Source: Candidatus Peribacteria bacterium
GTDB lineage: Bacteria; Patescibacteriota; Gracilibacteria; Peribacterales; Peribacteraceae
Direction: 5' to 3'
Length of the DNA stretch: 64,000 nt
Assembly: GCA_023245865.1 (NCBI GenBank)
Contig: JAHFJN010000001.1
Coordinates: 486,722-550,721 of the forward strand
Both the position numbers and the translations under genes were made by a program. Positions 45,779-54,573 of this stretch are shown here, piece after piece (the first letter of the stretch is position 1; each line of letters opens with the position of its first letter). The notes under the pieces are model-generated. The model worked only from the letters and a program-made list of their open reading frames with translations, did not search any database and was not told where the DNA came from.

Positions 45779-46485
45779 GTACTTCGCAGGAGATCAGCAA
45801 CCAATTCGAGCGCCACCGTGTCATACGCGTAGTCCATCCGCATCGGCCCGATGATGCCAATCGCCCCGGTTTCCCCGCGCAGTTGATAGCGGGTCACGAT
45901 CAAGCTGCAACTCTGGATTTCGGGGAGCACATGCTCGTTACCGATGTAGCAGCGCACATCATCGGTGAGCTCAATGTGTTCGAGGAGATCGCCGATCTTA
46001 TGCTCGAGAACTTCCACAATCCCGCTCGCGAGCAGCGGATGAGTCTGGAACTCCGGCTGGCGGAGCGTATTTGCGAGGCCAAGGTAGTACACGCGGTCCT
46101 TGTGCGGCACGGTCGCAAACGCAACGTTCGTGACCATCTGCGAGAGCAAGCTGACCGCCTCATACACGCGCTCCTGGTCCTTGCGGCGAAAATACAGATC
46201 TTTCAGTGTCTCAAATTTCTGCCGGACTCGCTGCTCCTGCAATGATGGCTCCATGAACTCTTTCACGTACATCTGATACCCTTTCGCAGTCGGAATCCGC
46301 CCCGCCGAAACGTGCGGCTGCTCGAGGAAGCCTTCCTCGCCAAGATAGCGCATTTCATTGCGAATGGTGGCACAGCTCACGCAGAAACTCCCGGCCTCCA
46401 GAATATGATGGGAGCCGATGGGTGTTGCTGTTTGGATGAATTGGTCAATGATCGCAGCCAGCAGCTTCGCCTGACGAGTATTCAT
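45775..46485 (-). CDS. hrcA: heat-inducible transcription repressor HrcA (short form)
   Basis: ...PIGSHHILE...CATIRNEMRYLGEEGFLEQPHVSAGRIPTAKGY... Start at ATG 46485, downstream of CIRCE. Stop overlaps the next start (ATGA). Confidence 0.85.
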   Translation of the reverse strand: MNTRQAKLLAAIIDQFIQTATPIGSHHILEAGSFCVSCATIRNEMRYLGEEGFLEQPHVSAGRIPTAKGYQMYVKEFMEPSLQEQRVRQKFETLKDLYFRRKDQERVYEAVSLLSQMVTNVAFATVPHKDRVYYLGLANTLRQPEFQTHPLLASGIVEVLEHKIGDLLEHIELTDDVRCYIGNEHVLPEIQSCSLIVTRYQLRGETGAIGIIGPMRMDYAYDTVALELVADLLRST

Positions 46486-46496
46486 GGTTCTCAGTA

Positions 46497-46521
46497 TAGC
46501 ACTCATCGCTGGTGAGTGCTA
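46497..46521. promoter_or_regulatory. CIRCE operator (TAGCACTC-N9-GAGTGCTA)
   Basis: Matches 8+8 of the 9+9 consensus TTAGCACTC-N9-GAGTGCTAA. Lies 12 nt upstream of the hrcA ATG. Confidence 0.85.
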
Positions 46522-46529
46522 CGCCGCGA

Positions 46530-47396
46530 TCAATCCAAATTAAGCATTCGGAGCGATCGAAACGACCTTTTGGATGGTACCGGCTGCTGCTTTCTCCCCT
46601 GCTTCAACGGGAGCATCCATGCCTCCGGATCGATCATGCCGAATGTCTTCTGACGTACGTGTGCGAGGAGCGTGAGGATCGATTCATTCCATATCTCTTC
46701 TTTTTGCATCACTTCCCGCGTCGGCTGCGTGATGCGTACCAGATCGGTCAGGAACCGTTCCCAGCCCTCTTTTTGACCACTGAGCATCGTGCGACGTTGG
46801 AATTGATACGCAATCTCCAGTGGCGTATGGACAATACACGGCTGCATCGCGGGTGCCAGGCGACAGCGCAAAGCCTCTGCAATCTGCAGTGCCCGTGACT
46901 GATGATAGTCATGCGTCACCGCCTCCACACGAGGACTGACGGGAATGTGACTGCGCAGATCGAATACTTTTCGCAGTTCCTCGTACGTACGGCGCGAATG
47001 AGAATCGACAATGGGAGCAAGCAAACGTTTGCGGACCGGTTCCGGCACGATGCCCTGAAAAATTGTCAGATTCGTTTCCGCTCCGGTGCGAGGCTTAAGT
47101 CCCCAGTCCCACTGGCACCCCTCGACAAACATCAACTGCGCGCCCTCACCCTCGGGGAGCTGCAAGCCCTGCATACTCGCAGCAACGACACGCCCGATAT
47201 TCTCCACGAGCGGCCGATTGTTCGTGCGAGCATCTTCCAGGAGATCGAGATACTGCTGCTGCGTGGGAACGGTCCCGGTATAGGGATCCATACCCGTCAT
47301 CAACCTTTCATTCCTGCGACGCACCTCCTGCGCATCGTTCCCGGTCGGCGCGGGGGCGTCTCCTTTGAAAAGCGGTGTGAGGGCAATGGTACGCAT
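46530..47396 (-). CDS. hypothetical protein (288 aa)
   Basis: Long ORF. No family recognised. Confidence 0.6.
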   Translation of the reverse strand: MRTIALTPLFKGDAPAPTGNDAQEVRRRNERLMTGMDPYTGTVPTQQQYLDLLEDARTNNRPLVENIGRVVAASMQGLQLPEGEGAQLMFVEGCQWDWGLKPRTGAETNLTIFQGIVPEPVRKRLLAPIVDSHSRRTYEELRKVFDLRSHIPVSPRVEAVTHDYHQSRALQIAEALRCRLAPAMQPCIVHTPLEIAYQFQRRTMLSGQKEGWERFLTDLVRITQPTREVMQKEEIWNESILTLLAHVRQKTFGMIDPEAWMLPLKQGRKQQPVPSKRSFRSLRMLNLD

Positions 47397-47429
47397 GGCA
47401 GCAACGATAAGATTGAAACAATAACGAAA

Positions 47430-48149
47430 TTATTGTTCAGAATAGTTCACCTTCGCAGGAGGTTGAGCATACAGATGTTTATAGTGATTGCCACTGAGCA
47501 ATTCATACAGGAATTCACACCGCCGCACGGCCCCAAGAGCCAGATGATGCATATTTGCAAGACGATTCCATCGATGAAACTGCCTCTCTGAGCTGATGTG
47601 TGGATAGCAAGGATGCGGCTCGAACACAGACATAACCGGATAAGCTGCTATATCAATCGAGGACAGCAGGCCAATCTTCTCGAGAGCCTTACGAAGGGTT
47701 GCGATCACGCGCAACATATGAAATTGTTCTGCAACAATATTCGTTCTTGGAAATTGCCCATCCTGTAGGAGAGCCACCGTATTACGCGCATTTTCAATAG
47801 TGTTGTACGACGGATCTAGTTTGTAACGATCGTAAAATTCCGCATCACAATCGGTGAGAACACGCTCTGAAACCGAAGCAGGGAAATGATCCGCAATATA
47901 GTGCTTCATACGCTGCGCCTCTTGAAGACTGCCGTGAATCCCATCACCTCGCTTCCCTTTTTCACCGCAATTACCTCCCGCAATGAAGAGCAATGCGTCA
48001 TGGTTGATCTGTACAAGCTGTGCTGCACGGTGCGCATTGCCTCTGCTTAAATCATTAACCGTGACTTTATCCTGTGCAGATCCGTCTCCCACAGTATACG
48101 TGAGGCTACCGAAATCCTGCAATTTGCCGTAAAGACTGCGCTTTCCCAT
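47430..48149 (-). CDS. DUF218/YdcF-like protein
   Basis: ...LLFIAGGN...SYNTIENARNT...VAEQFHMLRV... parallels DUF218 motifs. Confidence 0.65.
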   Translation of the reverse strand: MGKRSLYGKLQDFGSLTYTVGDGSAQDKVTVNDLSRGNAHRAAQLVQINHDALLFIAGGNCGEKGKRGDGIHGSLQEAQRMKHYIADHFPASVSERVLTDCDAEFYDRYKLDPSYNTIENARNTVALLQDGQFPRTNIVAEQFHMLRVIATLRKALEKIGLLSSIDIAAYPVMSVFEPHPCYPHISSERQFHRWNRLANMHHLALGAVRRCEFLYELLSGNHYKHLYAQPPAKVNYSEQ

Positions 48150-48187
48150 ATAAATACCATAAAACTTTAAATTGATTTTGTCAATAT

Positions 48188-48418
48188 TTACACCGCCTTC
48201 TCCTTCTTCGCCGCAGTGGCCGCAGCGCGCTTCTTGAAACGATCCACGCGGCCGCCGCGCAGGTCCTTCTGTTGTTTACCGGTGTAGATGGGGTGGCAAT
48301 TGCGACAGGTTTCGACCGTGAGAACCTTCATGGTGCTTGGGATCAAATACACCGCCCCGCAGGTACTGCAGGTCGTTTTGGCGTCCTTGTGCATTTCGGG
48401 GTGGATGGCAGTCTTCAT
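48188..48418 (-). CDS. rpmE: 50S ribosomal protein L31
   Basis: MKTAIHPE...CSTCG...CRNCHPIYTGKQ is canonical L31 (Zn-binding form). Confidence 0.95.
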   Translation of the reverse strand: MKTAIHPEMHKDAKTTCSTCGAVYLIPSTMKVLTVETCRNCHPIYTGKQQKDLRGGRVDRFKKRAAATAAKKEKAV

Positions 48419-48627
48419 GGTTGCAGTATTCTATACAAAAAACGGGCTGTTGCAAGCTCAGAAATCACTGTATGTATTTTCTTCATTTCTTTGATGACCT
48501 CCTCTATGGGGACTCGTTTTGTCTTTCCACCATCCGTAAAATCCACCACCGTTTTCCAGCCCTTTTCGGGAACTACAATGTAATCAGGTAATGTTTCAGT
48601 GGATATTTTCTTCTTCATAGAACGCAT
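48415..48627 (-). CDS. possible small protein upstream of rpmE
   Basis: ORF whose stop overlaps the rpmE start; AT-rich. No family recognised. Confidence 0.35.
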   Translation of the reverse strand: MRSMKKKISTETLPDYIVVPEKGWKTVVDFTDGGKTKRVPIEEVIKEMKKIHTVISELATARFLYRILQP

Positions 48628-48686
48628 TGGAAATGCATCTAGGTGTACATATACAATCATTTGAGTAACCTGCAAATATATTCTCT

Positions 48687-48715
48687 TGAATTATCCCTAA
48701 ACATTCTATATAATT
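48687..48715 (+). promoter_or_regulatory. promoter TTGAAT-17-TATAAT for the 48741 TA operon
   Basis: Hexamers read by eye. Confidence 0.55.
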
Positions 48716-48740
48716 CCTATAGCTTTCCAATATTTACGCT

Positions 48741-48971
48741 ATGCAGACCTCCATTGCCGTAGACCGATTGACGAGGGACCGCGCGGCAAAGCGTGCAAAG
48801 GCTGAGCGCTTGCCATTGGCCGCGGTCGTACGGCTCCTTTTAAATGATTATGCCGACGGCCATCTGAGTATCGTCGTACGCACCTTCGCCGAACCTATCG
48901 ATGTCGATGCACGCACTCAGAAGAAAATGGATACAGTAACGGCACAATGGCGTGCTACGATGAAAGCATGA
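48741..48971 (+). CDS. putative antitoxin (RHH/DinJ-like)
   Basis: 76 aa; N-terminal beta-strand/helix pattern (TSIAVDRLTRDRAAKRAKAERL). ATGA overlap with the downstream gene. Confidence 0.6.
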   Translation: MQTSIAVDRLTRDRAAKRAKAERLPLAAVVRLLLNDYADGHLSIVVRTFAEPIDVDARTQKKMDTVTAQWRATMKA

Positions 48972-49342
48972 TTGTCGTCATCGCAGAAAGTATTCGGAAA
49001 AAAGAATTCAAGCACGGAGAAATCCCTCCCGCAGACCTAGAAACTATTTTGAGCAGTTATGGCGAAGGCATTTTCGTCCCGATTAAGGGGGAATCATTGC
49101 CAAAAGCATCGCGGCTCGTGAAGTTGTATGCGACGACCGTCCAGGGAGCGAGACGCATTGTTTTCCTTGTCGAGGTTGAAAGCGGCACGGGATTCTTCTT
49201 GTTTTATAGAGGAAAAAACGATCCCATTGGGAAAAACATCAGCATCAAGAATCCAGTGTTTAAGAAGCGTTTACTGACGTATCTCGATCTCCTCAGCGCG
49301 GACATCGCTTCCGGACGACGCACAGTGTATGAAACAAAGTAA
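48968..49342 (+). CDS. putative RelE/ParE-superfamily toxin
   Basis: 124 aa; ...RIVFLVEVESGTGFFLFYRGKNDPIGKNIS... resembles addiction-module toxins. Confidence 0.55.
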   Translation: MIVVIAESIRKKEFKHGEIPPADLETILSSYGEGIFVPIKGESLPKASRLVKLYATTVQGARRIVFLVEVESGTGFFLFYRGKNDPIGKNISIKNPVFKKRLLTYLDLLSADIASGRRTVYETK

Positions 49343-49367
49343 GCTTCGGTTGTAAAGGAAGCTACAA

Positions 49368-49383
49368 GCTAACGAAGCTAACG
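49368..49383 (-). repeat. nonamer array (CGTTAGC TTCGTTAGC in gene sense) abutting the gyrA stop
   Basis: Read directly; the same motif occurs at 13868-13894. Confidence 0.9.
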
Positions 49384-52017
49384 TCACACTTCCTTCACTG
49401 CCTTCCTCTTGCTCCTTTTCGCCGCTTTTTCGATCACCTCGGCTTCTTCGAAGAGTTCTTCCGCCTCCCCCGCCCTTTCCTCTTCCGCTGCTGCCGCGAG
49501 CGCTTCCTCGGCTTCTTTGTCGAACATCACCACGCTCATGGTCGCCACTTTATCGGGCGGATCCAAACGCATCACAATCACACCCTGGGTTGCACGACCG
49601 CGGGACGGGATATCGGTGAGACCCATGCGAATCGTCTGGCCTTGCTTGCTGATGCAGAGCAGATCCCCTTCCGCACCTTCCTCGAGCACGACTGCCCCGA
49701 TGATGTCTCCGGTCTTCGCAGTGAGTTGCGCAGCCTTCACTCCCGATCCTCCACGACCCTGGAACCGGTATTCGGTGACGGGACTCATTTTCCCAAGCCC
49801 ATTCTCCATGACAACCATCAATTTGCTCTTGCTGGCATCGCGAATCACGCCCGCCTCGACCACGCGGTCTTTGTCAGCGAGGCGAATGCCGTAGACGCCC
49901 GCGGCGCTGCGACCCATCGGGCGGACGTCGTCCTCCTTGAAGCGGATTGCTTTCCCTTTCTGGCTGACGATGAGGATTTCATTCTTGCCATCGGTCGTGA
50001 CCACCCATTGCAGATTCTCACCCTCAGGCAGTTTCTGCGCGATGAGACCGCTGCGGCGGATATTTTGGAATTCCCCCACTTCCGTGCGTTTCACAGTGCC
50101 CTGGTCTGTGACCATGAAGAGGTACTTCGCTTGGCTGAGGTCCGCCTTGAGGATGGCAGTGAGACGCTCCTCGGGTTTGAGTTGAAGCAAATTCACGATC
50201 GCCTGACCGCGCGCCACTCTGCCGGCCTGCGGCAATTCGTACGCGGGCAATTGGAAAAGTCTGCCGGTATTCGTGAAAAAAAGCAGATCGTCGTGGTTCA
50301 TGACGTGGAGGATCGAAAGCACTTCATCGTCCTCTCGCACATCGGCACCCTTCACCCCTTTGCCACCACGATGTTGCGCGCGGAATTGCAAGGGGCTGAG
50401 GCGCTTCACGTAACCGCTGCGGGTTAAGGTCACAATCATCGGTGCATTCGGGATCGTGTCTTTCGCACTGAATTCCCCCGCGGCACTCGTCACGACAGCC
50501 GTTCTACGATCGTCACCGTAGGTTTGCTTGATGGCCGCAAGTTCGTCGCTGAAAACCTTGTCGATTTTCTTCTTGCTCCCGAGGATCTCATCGCACTCCT
50601 TGATGAATGCCTTCGTCACTTTCAATTCGTCCTCGATTTTCCTCCGTTCGAGACCCGCGAGTCTGCGCAGCTGCATCTCCAAGATGGCATTGGATTGAAT
50701 CTCCGACAGCTTGAACTTTTTCATGAGACTGTCCCGCGCCTCCTCCTGCGTTTCGCTCTGTTTGATGGTCTTGATGATGGCGTCGATGTTATCAAGCGCG
50801 ATCGTGAGTCCCTCGAGGATGTGTGCCCGCTCTTTCGCGCGGTCACGTTCGAACGTGACACGCCGCGTGATCACCGTTCTTCGGTGATCGATGAAAATCT
50901 GGAGCAGTTCCTGCAAGTTCATAAGGCGCGGCTGCAGCCCATCCGCAAGCGCGATCATGTTGTACCCGAAACTGGTCTGCAGATCGGTGTGTTTGTAGAG
51001 CTGGTTCAAAATCTTCTGCGGATACGCGTCCTTTTTCATTTCGACGATGATGCGAATACCGTCGCGATCGGATTCATCGCGAATATCACTGATGCCGACG
51101 ATCACTTTGTCATTCACGAGTTGCGCCATCTTCTGAATGAGCAGAGATTTATTCACCTGATACGGAATCTCACTGATGCGGATGTGAAATCTCCCCGATG
51201 TCATCTCCTCGATCTCTGCCTTGCCGCGCATCATCACGCTCCCGCGACCGGTGAGGTACGCCTGCTTGATCGCCTCTTTGTCGTAGATGATGCCGCCCGT
51301 CGGAAAATCCGGCCCCTGCACGAACTTAAGCAGATCCTCGACCGTGGCATCGGGATTCTCGAGTAAGTGATGAATGGCATTGATGAGTTCGTGGAGATTA
51401 TGCGGCGGAATGTTTGTCGCCATACCGACCGCGATACCGACCGTGCCATTGAGGAGCAGGTTCGGAATCTTGCTCGGGAGCACCGCGGGTTCCTTGCGGC
51501 TGGCATCGTAGTTCGGCACGAACTCGACCGTATTTTTATCAATATCACTGAGGATATCGTCCGTAATCTTCTCCATGCGCGACTCCGTGTAGCGCATCGC
51601 AGCGGCACCGTCTCCGTCGATCGATCCGAAGTTTCCCTGGCCGTCGACCAATGGATAGCGCATCGAAAATTCCTGAGCCATACGTACGAGCGCCTCATAG
51701 ATGGAGGAATCGCCATGCGGGTGATACTTACCCATCACATCACCGACGATGAGGGCGGACTTCCTGTATTTGGCGGCGGAGCGCAGCCCCAGCTGATGCA
51801 TGCCATACAAAATGCGCCGATGCACCGGCTTGAGGCCGTCCCGCGCATCGGGGAGTGCCCGCGCGACGATCACGCTCATCGCATACGAAAGATAACTCTC
51901 TTCCATTTCACTCACAATCGGCCGGGGCGCGATCCGCCCGATGTTACTTAAGCCCTCGCCGCTGCCGCTCTGCAGAGGTTGTTGATCGGGCGACAGTGCG
52001 TCTCCTTTCGCGGCCAT
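49384..52017 (-). CDS. gyrA: DNA gyrase subunit A
   Basis: AAMRYTE active-site Tyr motif, GyrA-box beta-pinwheel repeats, acidic tail. Confidence 0.97.
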   Translation of the reverse strand: MAAKGDALSPDQQPLQSGSGEGLSNIGRIAPRPIVSEMEESYLSYAMSVIVARALPDARDGLKPVHRRILYGMHQLGLRSAAKYRKSALIVGDVMGKYHPHGDSSIYEALVRMAQEFSMRYPLVDGQGNFGSIDGDGAAAMRYTESRMEKITDDILSDIDKNTVEFVPNYDASRKEPAVLPSKIPNLLLNGTVGIAVGMATNIPPHNLHELINAIHHLLENPDATVEDLLKFVQGPDFPTGGIIYDKEAIKQAYLTGRGSVMMRGKAEIEEMTSGRFHIRISEIPYQVNKSLLIQKMAQLVNDKVIVGISDIRDESDRDGIRIIVEMKKDAYPQKILNQLYKHTDLQTSFGYNMIALADGLQPRLMNLQELLQIFIDHRRTVITRRVTFERDRAKERAHILEGLTIALDNIDAIIKTIKQSETQEEARDSLMKKFKLSEIQSNAILEMQLRRLAGLERRKIEDELKVTKAFIKECDEILGSKKKIDKVFSDELAAIKQTYGDDRRTAVVTSAAGEFSAKDTIPNAPMIVTLTRSGYVKRLSPLQFRAQHRGGKGVKGADVREDDEVLSILHVMNHDDLLFFTNTGRLFQLPAYELPQAGRVARGQAIVNLLQLKPEERLTAILKADLSQAKYLFMVTDQGTVKRTEVGEFQNIRRSGLIAQKLPEGENLQWVVTTDGKNEILIVSQKGKAIRFKEDDVRPMGRSAAGVYGIRLADKDRVVEAGVIRDASKSKLMVVMENGLGKMSPVTEYRFQGRGGSGVKAAQLTAKTGDIIGAVVLEEGAEGDLLCISKQGQTIRMGLTDIPSRGRATQGVIVMRLDPPDKVATMSVVMFDKEAEEALAAAAEEERAGEAEELFEEAEVIEKAAKRSKRKAVKEV

Positions 52018-52100
52018 AGAAAAAAAGAGGGGTCAGAGGGGATGATAGCAAAGTTACGCTACAATACAATCATGCCGAGTATCATCTCTACACCCATCGC

Positions 52101-52127
52101 CCTTCGACTGTGCTCAGGGTGACACAG
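52101..52127 (+). repeat. dispersed element copy (CCTTCGACTGTGCTCAGGGTGACACAG)
   Basis: 20/21 identical to 60584-60604. Related copies at 3003-3058, 38941-38974, 52821-52900. Confidence 0.85.
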
Positions 52128-52144
52128 AAATTACTACGCGTTGT

Positions 52145-52816
52145 ATGTTATCCATCATTTCTACACCAATCGGCAATTTAGGTGATATCACCCTGCGGGC
52201 GATCGAGACGCTCAAAAAATGTGATGCGGTGGTGTGCGAGGACACGAGGGTAACGGGAGGGCTCTTGCATCAATTGGCGCTCGCGAAAAAAGAATTGATC
52301 AGCTTCCATGGCTACAGTGACGAAGGGAAACTACGGATGATTTTGCAGCGCCTCGAGCGAGGCGATCACATCGCCCTCGTGAGTGATGCGGGAACGCCCG
52401 GGATTTCGGATCCCGGATTTGCGCTTGTAAGCCGCACAGCGGAAGCAGGTATCCAGATCGAGGTCCTCCCCGGGCCCACGGCTTTTCTCGCGGCACTCTC
52501 GGCCTCGGGGCTCCCGATCAATCATTTTCTGTACCTCGGATTTCTGCCGTTAAAAAAAGGACGGAAGTCTCTCATCGCGACATTCAAAGATACACCTCAC
52601 ACGATCGTCTTTTATGAATCCGTGCATCGGATCGAGCGCACTTTGATGGAATTGGCAGAGGCATTGCAGACCCAACCTGAGCGAAATGTGGTGATCGCCC
52701 GCGAGCTTACGAAGATGCATGAAGAGACGGTGCGAACAACCGTCGCAGAATTACCTGCGGTCGCAAAATCGGTGATGAAGAAGGGGGAGTTTGTGGTTGT
52801 GGTGGGGCCGCTATAA
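52145..52816 (+). CDS. rsmI: 16S rRNA (cytidine1402-2'-O)-methyltransferase RsmI
   Basis: MLSIISTPIGNLGDITLRAIETLK... is a tetrapyrrole-methylase-fold RsmI signature. Confidence 0.92.
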   Translation: MLSIISTPIGNLGDITLRAIETLKKCDAVVCEDTRVTGGLLHQLALAKKELISFHGYSDEGKLRMILQRLERGDHIALVSDAGTPGISDPGFALVSRTAEAGIQIEVLPGPTAFLAALSASGLPINHFLYLGFLPLKKGRKSLIATFKDTPHTIVFYESVHRIERTLMELAEALQTQPERNVVIARELTKMHEETVRTTVAELPAVAKSVMKKGEFVVVVGPL

Positions 52817-52833
52817 AAGTGTCATCCTGAGCG

Positions 52834-52897
52834 TGTCATCCCGAGCGGAGACGAGGGACGACACAGTGTGTATGGTTCGTCTCCGCTCACCATGACA
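52834..52897 (+). promoter_or_regulatory. long inverted repeat enclosing the queA start codon
   Basis: 12-bp stem 52843-52854/52877-52888 plus TGTCAT/ATGACA (52834-52839/52892-52897). The queA ATG is 52892-52894. Confidence 0.6.
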
Positions 52898-53971
52898 CAG
52901 AATTTCGCTTCCCTCCTCCGGCAATACGATTACACCCTTCCGCCCGATCTCATTGCGAAGGAACCTGCGCAACCCAGAGACAGCGCGCGGCTGCTTGTGT
53001 ACGACCGCAACAAAGATGCAATCCGGTTCGACACATTCGCAAACATCACCAATGATCTCCCAAAAAATGCGGTCCTTGTCCTCAATGAAACCAAGGTGAT
53101 CCCGGCACGGATGCGGTTACAAAAAGAAACGGGGGGAATGATCGGGGCGTTGTACGTCGAAACCTGTAGGGGCAAGGCATGCCTTGCCCCTACGCCGACA
53201 ATACGTGTGCTCGCCGACGGCACGTTCAAATCAGGGGACCGACTCGGATGGACCGATAATTATTTCTTCACGGTCATTGCCCGCGAGGAAAAAGAGGCGG
53301 TACTGCAACCGTCGTTTCCGAGTGATCAGTTGATGACGCTCCTCGAAAAGTTTGGCGAGACACCGCTCCCGCCGTACATGAAAGACTCCCCGTTGTCCGA
53401 GCCAGCTCGTCGCGAGGAATATCAGACCATCTTTGCGCGCGAACAGGGGTCCGTCGCCGCACCAACGGCGGGCCTGCACTTCACGAAAGAATTGATCAAA
53501 AAAATTGAACAACATGGATGCACTATCGAGAAGATCACGCTCCATGTGAACCTCGGAACGTTTGCGCCGCTCACCGAAGAAAATATCCGCGAAAGGCGCC
53601 TCCACAGGGAACATTTTTCGATCGCACCCGACGTTGCCTCGCGCTTGAACGATGCAAAAAAACACGGTCGACCGATAGTCGCGGTTGGGACGACCGTGGT
53701 GCGGGGGTTGGAATCCGCATGTGCTGTAGGGGCAAGGCATGCCTTGCCCCTACTCGAAAAATTATCCGGCACCACCGACATTTTCATCACCGAGCACGAT
53801 CATCTCCACTTCGTCGACCACCTCATCACCAATTTTCACGTCCCGCGAAGCAGCCTCCTCATGCTCGTTGCCGCTTTTACCGGCAGAGAAAAACTGCTCG
53901 AGCTGTATCAAAAAGCAATCGGAGAACGCATGCGATTTTTCAGCTTCGGAGATGGGATGTTGATTCTCTAA
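52892..53971 (+). CDS. queA: S-adenosylmethionine:tRNA ribosyltransferase-isomerase
   Basis: ...IAKEPAQPRDSARLLV..., ...VAAPTAGLHFT..., ...VAVGTTVVRGLES..., ...ITNFHVPRSSLLMLV... motifs. Confidence 0.93.
   Translation: MTQNFASLLRQYDYTLPPDLIAKEPAQPRDSARLLVYDRNKDAIRFDTFANITNDLPKNAVLVLNETKVIPARMRLQKETGGMIGALYVETCRGKACLAPTPTIRVLADGTFKSGDRLGWTDNYFFTVIAREEKEAVLQPSFPSDQLMTLLEKFGETPLPPYMKDSPLSEPARREEYQTIFAREQGSVAAPTAGLHFTKELIKKIEQHGCTIEKITLHVNLGTFAPLTEENIRERRLHREHFSIAPDVASRLNDAKKHGRPIVAVGTTVVRGLESACAVGARHALPLLEKLSGTTDIFITEHDHLHFVDHLITNFHVPRSSLLMLVAAFTGREKLLELYQKAIGERMRFFSFGDGMLIL
53166..53193. repeat. 28-bp perfect palindrome (copy 2), inside queA
   Basis: Identical to 43028-43055; translated as CRGKACLAPT. 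Confidence 0.95.
53726..53753. repeat. 28-bp perfect palindrome (copy 3), inside queA
   Basis: Identical sequence in a different codon phase; translated as VGARHALPL. Confidence 0.95.
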
Positions 53972-53990
53972 TTTTTGCTATACTCCCCGC

Positions 53991-54572
53991 ATGATCGCTC
54001 ACCTTCGCGGCATCATCAGCAAAGGGCCTGTAGGTGAGATGACGATTGATGTCAGCGGTGTAGGGTATAAGGTGCAGGTTCCAACGGCAGTATGGGATGA
54101 AGTCGCAGAAAACACGCCGACGCTGGTGCACATTTTCACGTACGTCCGTGAGGACCGGTTAGATTTATACGGATTTTTGGACGCACACACCAAAACCCTC
54201 TTCGAAACCTTGATCGGGCTTTCCGGCATCGGGCCGAAACTCGGTCTCGAACTCTGCAGTGCGCCTCGCGCGCTCCTGCTGCAGGCCGTGAACGACAACG
54301 ACGCAAGCCTGCTCAGCCAAATCAAAGGCATCGGCAAGAAAACCGCGGAGAAGCTCTTGCTGGAACTGAAAAGTTTGATGGAAAAACATCCGCATATTTT
54401 TGTCACCGCGGGATCCACGGAGACACTGCGTGCCGAGTACGATCAAGATGTCATCGCCGCGCTCACGCAACTCGGCTTCTCGGTGCAAGAGGTGCATCGC
54501 ATCCTTCCGACGCTCCCGAAAGAACTCGTCACGACCGAGGAGCGCGTCACCGCCGCCCTACGAAGTTTATAG
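53991..54572 (+). CDS. ruvA: Holliday junction DNA helicase RuvA
   Basis: MIAHLRGII... OB domain, HhH motifs (GIGPKLG, GIGKKTAEKL), C-terminal domain III. Confidence 0.93.
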   Translation: MIAHLRGIISKGPVGEMTIDVSGVGYKVQVPTAVWDEVAENTPTLVHIFTYVREDRLDLYGFLDAHTKTLFETLIGLSGIGPKLGLELCSAPRALLLQAVNDNDASLLSQIKGIGKKTAEKLLLELKSLMEKHPHIFVTAGSTETLRAEYDQDVIAALTQLGFSVQEVHRILPTLPKELVTTEERVTAALRSL

Positions 54573-54573
54573 A

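Noticed and set aside
52817-52891. preQ1 riboswitch upstream of queA.
   Set aside because: There is no small hairpin followed by the A-rich tail characteristic of preQ1-I, and no preQ1-II/III features. The region is explained by inverted copies of the dispersed repeat.
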